NCBI GenBank assembly: GCA_024402505.1
Contig: JAKSTP010000002.1
Location: forward strand, 63,530-127,529
DNA from: Treponema sp.
Lineage (GTDB): Bacteria > Spirochaetota > Spirochaetia > Treponematales > Treponemataceae
Length of the DNA stretch: 64,000 bases
Direction: 5' to 3'
Shown piece by piece: positions 56,866 through 64,000 of the stretch (position 1 is its first letter; every line of letters begins with the position of its first letter). A model generated the notes under the pieces. The model was given only the letters and a program-made list of their open reading frames with translations, did not search any database and was not told the origin of the DNA. A program made the position numbers and the translations under genes.

Positions 56866-56886
56866 ATACATATAAATTATATGTAT
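56866..56886. promoter_or_regulatory. Putative TA autoregulatory operator
   Basis: Perfect inverted repeat ATACATATA-AAT-TATATGTAT, 10 bp upstream of the antitoxin start. Confidence 0.7.
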
Positions 56887-56914
56887 GACAAGTGAATTAC
56901 CTTGATATAAGCCG

Positions 56915-58990
56915 TTACACTGTAAATGTTCCAATCTGGCCGCTGATTCGCTGAATTGAATCATCCACATTATTGGAAATTTCTTTAAGCATTTCGCCAC
57001 CATTCTTAATATTGTTAAGATCTCTTTCCATTTCCAAAACAGATTCTTTTGACTTTTCTGTAGCAGCCGAAAGATTTTCAACAATGGTTGTAATGTTTCT
57101 TGTATGCTGGGTCATAGATTCCGAAGCCTTACGAACTTCAGCAGAAGAACTTTCCATTTTTGAAAGATATTCACTAACAGTTCCTGAGGATGCCTGCTGA
57201 ACATTCATTGCTTCACTAATATCACGAACAACAACATCTGTGGTATTAATGCGCTGAAGTACATTTCCAAAAGCATGCATAGATTCTTCACTGGATTCTA
57301 CAACTGACTGAATGGACTCCCGAATGTGAGAAAGCTGCTGTCCAATCTTATTTGATTCTTCTGTAGATGTTTCAGAAAGTTTACGGATTTCATCAGCAAC
57401 AACCGAGAATCCTTTTCCTGCTTCTCCTGCGTGGGCGGCTTCGATTGCAGCATTCATAGCCAAAAGGTTGGTCTGTTCAGCAATAGAGGCAATTACAGCA
57501 TTGGCTTCAGAAAGCATGGCGGAATCATTTTCAATAATCTTAATTTTTTCGTTTACAGCATTCTGAGTTTCACTACCTTTTTTGGTAATGCTAATAAGAT
57601 CATCAAAAGAAGAAGCCATATTTTCAACAGAATTATTAACCGTAAGAATATTCTGCAGCATCTGATCAATTGTGCTGGATGATTCTTTTACAGCATCATT
57701 CTGAACCTGGATAAGTGACGAAAGGGAATTCATGTTTTCATTAATAGAAGTAATTGATGAAACAGTATCGTTTACACTTTCTGCCTGAGAAGAAATCTGA
57801 TTCTGGAAAAGAGTTATATCATCAGAAATACGATTTACATTATCCAAAGTATTTACTGTAATTTCGTTAAGAGTTACGCCGGCTTCATTTAATACAGATT
57901 CGGAAGTTTTCATATCACCTACAATCTGACGGAGTTTTTCTATAAAGCCATTGAATCCTTCTGCCATCTGTCCAATTTCATCTTTTGACTTAACTGGAAT
58001 AGTTTTGCTTAAATCAGCATTTCCTTCTGCAATAGCTTTTCCGTATTCTTCAATATATTTAAGAACTTTTTTAATTCGCTTAATAATATTCCAGATAAAC
58101 ACCTGGAAAATCACAAGAATGAAGGCAACAATAAGAACAAGTCCTACTGCAACAAAGTTCGAAGCAGAATTGTCAAAGCCGCTTTTTGGGAAACCAATAA
58201 GAATATTCCATCCAATTTCTGGGATTGGAGCAACTACATATTCTCCATCTTTTGTTGAATAATAAGTATTATCTGTTGGATTTTTTTCGGCAAAATTAAT
58301 CTGTGGGAATAAAGCTGAAATGGCAATTTTATCTTCAATATCTTTTTGATTTTTTGAACCTGTAACTTCAAGTGCATCATTAAAGAAGAACAGTTCCTGA
58401 ACATTGCCTGCATTTTTATAAATGGTGTTAACAAAGTCCGAAATAGGAATTCCAGTTCCCGCAATACCAATAACCTTTCCACTTTGGTTATGAACAACAG
58501 CGTTAACCCACATGAAGGTTTTTCCCAAATCAGGATTGTAGTTGATGTTGAAGTTATAAACTGGAGTTTCATTAATTGTCATGTTGTACCAGTACTGTGC
58601 AGGATCATCAGGATCCAAAGTATAGGCATAAGCACAATCAGAATAAAATTCCTTATCGATAGTATTGATCCAGAAGATTGATTTTCCTAGGAATGAATTC
58701 TGATAACTGGCGAATTCTTTCATGGCAGATTTTTTTAATTCCTGGTTGTCTGGATTTTCCATGTAATCAATAATTGTTGGTGAAGAAACCAGCTGCATGG
58801 CAAGTTTTATTTCGCCATTCAAACTATTCTGAAAATCCAGTTTCTGTTTAATAGAGTTTGTATCAAGAAAAGTTCTTGAGGCTTCTTTGAAATTCCTACT
58901 TGCAAGAATATTAATGGTAATGTTTGTAAACAAAAGTGTTATTACAACACTAATTACAGAAAATAATATTATTTTTCCTTTCAGTTTCAT
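56915..58990 (-). CDS. Methyl-accepting chemotaxis protein (Cache-like sensor, HAMP, MA domain)
   Basis: Two TM helices; [15 protein letters not shown]; [38 protein letters not shown]. Confidence 0.96.
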   Translation of the reverse strand: MKLKGKIILFSVISVVITLLFTNITINILASRNFKEASRTFLDTNSIKQKLDFQNSLNGEIKLAMQLVSSPTIIDYMENPDNQELKKSAMKEFASYQNSFLGKSIFWINTIDKEFYSDCAYAYTLDPDDPAQYWYNMTINETPVYNFNINYNPDLGKTFMWVNAVVHNQSGKVIGIAGTGIPISDFVNTIYKNAGNVQELFFFNDALEVTGSKNQKDIEDKIAISALFPQINFAEKNPTDNTYYSTKDGEYVVAPIPEIGWNILIGFPKSGFDNSASNFVAVGLVLIVAFILVIFQVFIWNIIKRIKKVLKYIEEYGKAIAEGNADLSKTIPVKSKDEIGQMAEGFNGFIEKLRQIVGDMKTSESVLNEAGVTLNEITVNTLDNVNRISDDITLFQNQISSQAESVNDTVSSITSINENMNSLSSLIQVQNDAVKESSSTIDQMLQNILTVNNSVENMASSFDDLISITKKGSETQNAVNEKIKIIENDSAMLSEANAVIASIAEQTNLLAMNAAIEAAHAGEAGKGFSVVADEIRKLSETSTEESNKIGQQLSHIRESIQSVVESSEESMHAFGNVLQRINTTDVVVRDISEAMNVQQASSGTVSEYLSKMESSSAEVRKASESMTQHTRNITTIVENLSAATEKSKESVLEMERDLNNIKNGGEMLKEISNNVDDSIQRISGQIGTFTV

Positions 58991-59108
58991 AATATTTTTA
59001 TCATAAGGGATAAAATAGGAAAACGCAAATTTCTAGAAAAGACCTCAAGAACATTGACAAAAACAGCCCGGTTATTGAGCAGTACGAACTACACGGAAAC
59101 GTGTAATT

Positions 59109-59693
59109 ATGTATTTTAAGGCAAAAATCACCCAGGCAGATGGAAATGAGGTTCAGATTGCAAGCTTTGGACCTTTGTGCGTAAGTCATAAATACAGAAA
59201 TCTTGGAATCGGCAAATTGCTGATGACAGAAACTTTGTCTCTTGCAAAAGAAGCGGGCTATCCTGGCGTTCTGATTATTGGTGAGCCTGAATACTATCCA
59301 AAGGTTGGTTTTATCCGCTGTAAAGATTGTGGCATTACTGATGCAGAAGGAAATTCCTGGGATGCTTACATGGTTTATGAATCTGAAAAAGGCAGCATGA
59401 AAATCCCTGGGGTTTTTGAAGAACCTTATGACATTACAGACGGTATTCCACCAGTTCCTCCAGCTGAGTATGAAAATCAGTTTGAAAATTGGACACGGGC
59501 TGCAATTCCATGCCAGTTTATGTACCCTAATCCATGTGACGAAAACAACGGTTACCATTTGCGCCGTGAAGAAGAGTGTCCTGTTGCTTTTGGCGAGTTT
59601 TTTGCAAAGACTGGAGTTACCGGTGTGACTGCAGAAGAAATAATCGCCAATCCTTTAATGGCAGAATATGTATTGGAAGAGACAAATAAATGA
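59109..59693 (+). pseudogene. GNAT acetyltransferase, apparently 5'-truncated
   Basis: FGPLCVSHKYRNLGIGKLL...GEPEYYPKVGF core present, but the ORF starts at the usual beta-strand MYFKA; in-frame TGA at 59076. Confidence 0.6.
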
Positions 59694-59782
59694 CCAGCAA
59701 AGAAATTTTAGAAATTGCCATGAAGCAGTCGGCTTTGGATACAAATGCGACAGTCGAAGATTTTATAGATGAAATGACCTGA
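59690..59782 (+). pseudogene. 30-codon N-terminal gene remnant
   Basis: MTSKEILEIAMKQSALDTNATVEDFIDEMT*; ATGA-coupled to the upstream gene; resembles the N-terminus of a Firmicutes GNAT family (from recall). Confidence 0.5.
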
Positions 59783-59830
59783 AATTGTATATATGATATA
59801 ATACGGAAAAAGAAAAAAGGTATATTCATC

Positions 59831-61249
59831 ATGATTCACTTTTTAATAAAATACCAGAAATTAATAATGATTTTTTTAATGGGAGCCTGTTTACTTACTG
59901 GCTTCCTGGTTTTAATTACAAAAAATCTATGTTCTCATCGTAAAATAGCAATTTTTATGCTGGAAATAAGTGCGGTTTTATATCTTCTTGCTCCAGTTGT
60001 TTTCTTAACTTATGAAGGTTTCTCTGGTAACTTATTTAAATGGATATTAAGAATTTCTAAATTTGTAGATTATCTATCTCCTTTACTTATGCTTTTCAGT
60101 TTTTGTTTATATCTTAGAGATTTACTTTCTTTTGAAAAACATGAATCCCATGAAACTCCTGTTTTATTAATTGCGGCTGATATAATTTTGTTGATTGGAG
60201 TTATTCTTCTTATTCTTTCACAATTTTTTGGCTTTTATTATTACTTTGATGAATTTAATCATTATCAACGCTCAAATGGAAGAATCATTGCAACTGTAAT
60301 TCCTGCTTTGTGTTTGGTTATTCAAATAATTTGTATTTTTTCAAAATATAAGCAAATTCCAAAAAGAGTAAGACTTCCAATTGTTCTGTTTTTGACAATT
60401 CCAATTGTAACTTCGATTCTGCAGATTCCTATTCATGGTATTTATCTTACAAATATTTCAATAGTTTGTATGGCAATTGTTTTGTATGTTTTTATTGTTC
60501 AGGATTCAAACGAGGAAATTGAGTTAGCCCATAAAAGAGAAATGGAGATTCTTGAAAATCACAAAAAGGATCTGGAAATTAAAGTTGAAGAAAGAACCAG
60601 AGAACTTCGCATTGCTAACGAAAAGGCAGAAAATTTGTTGCTTAATATTTTGCCTGAACCTATTGCCCGGGAATTAACCGAACATCCTGATAAGATTATT
60701 TCTAAAAAATATCCAAATGCTACAATTTTGTTTACAGATATTGTTGGCTTTACAAAAATGAGCAGCGAAATGACTTCTGAAGAAACTGTTTATATGCTGA
60801 ATGAAATTGTCACTCTTTTTGATAAACGGGCCAAAGAAGAAGGTATTGAAAAGATTAAAACCATTGGTGATGCATACATGGCTGCAACTGGACTTACTAC
60901 TAAAGCAGATAATAATGGTGCATTAAAAATGATTCGTTTTGCAGTTGGTCTTTTACGGGATGTTAAACAATTTAATGAAAAATCCTCTGTTCAAATACAA
61001 ATACGTATTGGAATAAATTCTGGAAATCTTGTTGCCGGTGTTATTGGTAAAAGCAAGTTTATTTATGATGTTTGGGGCGATACAGTAAATGTTGCCAGCC
61101 GAATGGAAAGTACAGGAAAACCAATGCATATTCATGTTTCAGAAAATACTTTTTTACAGACAAAAGGCAAAGTTCCTTTTAAAGGCCCTTACGCAATTGA
61201 AGTAAAAGGTAAAGGCCAGATGAACGGGTATTTTCTCTTAACCAAATAA
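59831..61249 (+). CDS. Membrane class III adenylate cyclase
   Basis: FTDIVGFT, KIKTIGDAYM, RIGINSG, YDVWGDTVNVASRMES; Lys/Asp specificity residues indicate ATP. Confidence 0.93.
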   Translation: MIHFLIKYQKLIMIFLMGACLLTGFLVLITKNLCSHRKIAIFMLEISAVLYLLAPVVFLTYEGFSGNLFKWILRISKFVDYLSPLLMLFSFCLYLRDLLSFEKHESHETPVLLIAADIILLIGVILLILSQFFGFYYYFDEFNHYQRSNGRIIATVIPALCLVIQIICIFSKYKQIPKRVRLPIVLFLTIPIVTSILQIPIHGIYLTNISIVCMAIVLYVFIVQDSNEEIELAHKREMEILENHKKDLEIKVEERTRELRIANEKAENLLLNILPEPIARELTEHPDKIISKKYPNATILFTDIVGFTKMSSEMTSEETVYMLNEIVTLFDKRAKEEGIEKIKTIGDAYMAATGLTTKADNNGALKMIRFAVGLLRDVKQFNEKSSVQIQIRIGINSGNLVAGVIGKSKFIYDVWGDTVNVASRMESTGKPMHIHVSENTFLQTKGKVPFKGPYAIEVKGKGQMNGYFLLTK

Positions 61250-61275
61250 TTTTTTTCATGATCAATTATTTTCTA

Positions 61276-62121
61276 TTAATCATTCTTTTTCATAAAAAAA
61301 TTGCCTTTTATTACTTTTGTTTGCAGGATATTAACAAAGGCATTTGGATCGACATATTTTATTGCATGAATGACTTTGCCTTCTTCATCGCTGGAAACAA
61401 CTGTATAAATCATTTTGCGCTGCTGTTTTGAATAACCACCTTCACCTGTAAAAATAGTGGCATCATGATTTACAGTCTGGCGAACTGCATCAACAATTTC
61501 ATTAGGCTTATTGCTGACAATCAGCAAGGTAGATTTTTGATAACGCTTGTACAAGAGATTTAAAATCTGTGTACTTACATATTGAAAAATGATTGAATAC
61601 AAGGCGCGATTCCATCCAAAAAGCAAACCGAAAATCACCAGAACACAACAGTTTCCAATAAAAATATAATTCCAGATGCTCTTGCCGGTTTTTTCAGAAA
61701 CGATGATAGAAATAAAATCTGTACCGCCAGTAGTTGCTCCAGCAAAAAGTGCAAGACAAACGGCAGCGCCATTTACAATTCCACCAAAAACTGTACATAA
61801 AAGCACATCCTGAGTTATATCAAGGCCAGGAATAATATCTGTAAGCAAACCGGATAGAATGACAACCCACAGTGAATACAAAGTAAACTTTTTTCCAACG
61901 TATTTAAAGCAAAAAGCCGCTGGTACAAGGTTCATTGCCCAGTAAACAACACTATATGGAAGATTGATATTTAGATAAGTCTTAAAAACTTCCTGAAGCA
62001 GCAAAGTGATTCCAGAAAATCCTCCAGGAAGAAGACCTCCGATATGAACAAAAGTATTAATGTTTACAGCCATAAGAACTGCAGAGGCAGTAACCAGCAA
62101 AAAGCGCGTAATATTTTTCAT
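61276..62121 (-). CDS. YitT family membrane protein (DUF161/DUF2179)
   Basis: GLLPGGFSGI, GATTGGTDF, ATIFTGEGGYS, VDPNAFV. Confidence 0.92.
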   Translation of the reverse strand: MKNITRFLLVTASAVLMAVNINTFVHIGGLLPGGFSGITLLLQEVFKTYLNINLPYSVVYWAMNLVPAAFCFKYVGKKFTLYSLWVVILSGLLTDIIPGLDITQDVLLCTVFGGIVNGAAVCLALFAGATTGGTDFISIIVSEKTGKSIWNYIFIGNCCVLVIFGLLFGWNRALYSIIFQYVSTQILNLLYKRYQKSTLLIVSNKPNEIVDAVRQTVNHDATIFTGEGGYSKQQRKMIYTVVSSDEEGKVIHAIKYVDPNAFVNILQTKVIKGNFFMKKND

Positions 62122-62145
62122 AAAAGCTCCATTTAAAATATACTG

Positions 62146-62721
62146 TTATTTCATCTTTTTGCGTAAAACTCTTGTCTGCTCGCCCCAAACTGTGCCGGCT
62201 TCTGTAAAAAATTCATAGCCGTATTTTTCATAAAGTCCAATATGATCTGTGGAAATGTAAGTGTATTCGGCGTTGAATTCTTTGATGGAATATTCTTCTG
62301 CAAGCATGATTAACTTTTCTGACAAGCGATTTCCACGATATTCTGGATAAGTAAAAACGCAGCCTATCCAAGGAGTCCAGGATTCACGGCCTGGAACTGT
62401 AATATCCACTTCATCATTGCGGGCAAGACTAACAAAAGCTGCCAAACGGGGACAGACCTCGCTTTTATTATTCACAGTAATTTCAGTTTTGTTTGCTTCT
62501 TCCAGCATAAGGAAAAGTCTGCCAGGGCCAAGTACATCGTGGAAGCCGCCGTCGGTTAGTGAAACCTGTGGCTGACCTTCCTTCTTCAAGCAATTTATGA
62601 TGAAAGGAATTGCACCCCACAAGTCTTTACGGGCTTCAAGCTGATTTATAATTTCTGCCTGCTGTGATTCGGACAGTTCAAAATAATCTACAATTTTAAA
62701 AGCAGGAGCTACTGTTTTCAT
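62146..62721 (-). CDS. GNAT acetyltransferase
   Basis: WTPWIGCVFTYPEYRGNRLSEKL...TDHIGLYEKYGYEF. Confidence 0.88.
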   Translation of the reverse strand: MKTVAPAFKIVDYFELSESQQAEIINQLEARKDLWGAIPFIINCLKKEGQPQVSLTDGGFHDVLGPGRLFLMLEEANKTEITVNNKSEVCPRLAAFVSLARNDEVDITVPGRESWTPWIGCVFTYPEYRGNRLSEKLIMLAEEYSIKEFNAEYTYISTDHIGLYEKYGYEFFTEAGTVWGEQTRVLRKKMK

Positions 62722-62807
62722 GAGTTAAGTATACCATAAAATTGAACGCCGCAAGAACCTTCAACTTCCGAGGATGTGCAATTACTTCGTATAAGCGTAG
62801 TTGTAGT

Positions 62808-63527
62808 TTACGCCAGATATTTTTCCACCATTGTTTGCACGAACTTTGGGTTTAGTGGAAGCTCAGATTTTTCCATTGTGAAGATAAAATTTTCCCCAAG
62901 GTTGTAGCCACTTTCTTGAATTTTCTTGATTTTACTGATGGCTTTTGAGATGTAGTCGGGGTCATCCATAAGTCCAAAATGTTCCCAATAGACTTCCTGA
63001 CGGGTACGCAGATTGAGGCAGCAAAAATCCGGGTAGATAGTTTTACCATCTTTCAGTTCCAGAGACATTTCGTATTTGTATGGAATTTTCATGCGGGATA
63101 AAGTATCTGCAATTATGACTTCCGATTTTGAGCGGACTTTTTCTCCATTTGCGGTAAAAAATTCCGGAGAGTTGAAGAAGTCATTTCCAGATTTTTTATT
63201 GTGCACCAATAATTTTTTTATAGCTGCAAGTTCTCTTTTGGCGGAGCGCAGGATCTTTTCGTCATAGTCGTATTGAATTAGTTGTCTGGCAAAATCGTCC
63301 TGATTACGGGGAAGATATTTTCCAGTTGTGTCATTCTTTTTTGTGATGAGGTAAAACTGCATGGTGTTTTTGTGTGGGACAATTCTAATTTTGCCTGCTT
63401 TTTTCAGCTGGGATTTTTCATTTATCGTGTTTTGCTTTGATTTAATGATTTTTTCAAGCTGGATTTTTCTTTTTTCCAATTCTGCTTCATAAGTTACAGG
63501 TGGTAATGCTTCAAATTTTCTTTTCAT
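62808..63527 (-). CDS. Hypothetical protein with a C-terminal PD-(D/E)XK/Vsr/DUF559-like nuclease domain
   Basis: Basic N-terminal coiled region; GEKVRSKSEVIIADTL...IPYKYE...IYPDF...YWEHFG; RBS AAGGAG upstream. Confidence 0.6.
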   Translation of the reverse strand: MKRKFEALPPVTYEAELEKRKIQLEKIIKSKQNTINEKSQLKKAGKIRIVPHKNTMQFYLITKKNDTTGKYLPRNQDDFARQLIQYDYDEKILRSAKRELAAIKKLLVHNKKSGNDFFNSPEFFTANGEKVRSKSEVIIADTLSRMKIPYKYEMSLELKDGKTIYPDFCCLNLRTRQEVYWEHFGLMDDPDYISKAISKIKKIQESGYNLGENFIFTMEKSELPLNPKFVQTMVEKYLA

Positions 63528-63601
63528 AAGACTCCTTGCAAAGGCTTTGTGTTGTTGTGTGTGGTGTGTGCCTTCTGATTTTTGGTAGTTTTCTGAAAAG
63601 G

Positions 63602-63723
63602 TACGGATAAATGTGTGGAAATTGTATTTTTAGCCGTATGATTTTGGGAAACTCACCTGTTTGGGAAGTGTAAAATTCTCATTTTGTACGAATAAATTTG
63701 CAAAAACCGCATTTTTATTCGTA
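63602..63723. repeat. Two more TACG-N29-CGTA palindromic elements, 85 bp apart
   Basis: TACGGATAAA...TTTAGCCGTA (63602-63638) and TACGAATAAA...TTTATTCGTA (63687-63723), each 37 bp. Confidence 0.8.
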
Positions 63724-63777
63724 GAATTAAATCATAGCTTTATACAAAAACCTGAAAATCACCAGTATAATAAAAAA

Positions 63778-64000
63778 ATGGACATACAGACTATAGACAT
63801 TATTGGTAAAAATCATTTTGAAACCTGGACAAAAACAAGAATTGCCTGCCGTGGACTGATTATTCAAAACGGCAAGATTCTTTTATCTTATGAAACAAAA
63901 AATCAAAACCAATATATGATTCCCGGCGGAGGGCTGGAAGAAAATGAATCTGAAATTGAGTGTTGTAAACGGGAAATTGAAGTTGGAATGGAGCCACGAT
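63778..64000 (+). CDS. NUDIX hydrolase, N-terminal part (runs off the window; Nudix box broken)
   Basis: RIACRGLIIQNGKILL...MIPGGGLEENESEIECCKREIE then VGMEPR instead of EETG; TATAAT at 63766. Confidence 0.7.
   Translation, partial: MDIQTIDIIGKNHFETWTKTRIACRGLIIQNGKILLSYETKNQNQYMIPGGGLEENESEIECCKREIEVGMEPR

Larger units (their letters stand above)
46757..64000. mobile_element. Putative accessory region/genomic island, open at the right end
   Basis: Begins at the att-like tRNA fragment; visibly AT-richer; carries Fic, DUF4143 ATPase, TA pair, GNATs and truncated genes; no integrase seen in the window. Confidence 0.45.

Noticed and set aside
58991-59108. c-di-GMP or other riboswitch upstream of the MCP
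   Set aside because: Only an isolated ACGCAAA and one GAAA hairpin; the conserved aptamer architecture is not present on either strand.
46757-64000. Prophage or intact ICE/integron in the accessory tract
   Set aside because: No integrase, relaxase, T4SS, transposase or phage structural genes are visible in the window.

Overview
Chromosomal segment of a spirochete, most likely a gut or rumen Treponema (inferred from the SpiroCoCo coiled-coil gene, spirochetal lipoproteins, carD-ispD/ispF and a GH8 oligoxylanase). Bases 1 to ~46.7 kb are mostly core genes: ssb, a U32 peptidase, a MoxR/Bat operon, murJ, an FHA-phosphatase-Ser/Thr kinase trio, ricT, a PurO-type IMP cyclohydrolase, tcdA, luxS, murA (Cys115->Asp), pepT, argD, three diguanylate cyclases, an EAL protein and tRNA-Ala(GGC). 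From ~46.75 kb to the end is a visibly AT-richer accessory tract with Fic, an AAA/DUF4143 ATPase, a UGSC-like/TlpA/CxxC-peptide/4Fe-4S redox cluster, a PIN-RHH toxin-antitoxin pair, an MCP, an adenylate cyclase, GNATs and gene remnants; no integrase is visible in the window. The most striking unexplained signals are non-coding. (i) A family of fixed-geometry palindromes (TACG-N28/29-CGTA, 36-37 bp) forms a 7-unit array with 81-84 bp period at 21.5-22.1 kb and recurs at 25.4 kb and twice at 63.6-63.7 kb, upstream of a putative nuclease gene. (ii) An adjoining G-rich minisatellite of ~35 bp units. (iii) An exact 18-bp inverted copy of the tRNA-Ala T-arm at the left edge of the accessory tract. 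Product calls come from motif recognition only; no database search was run.
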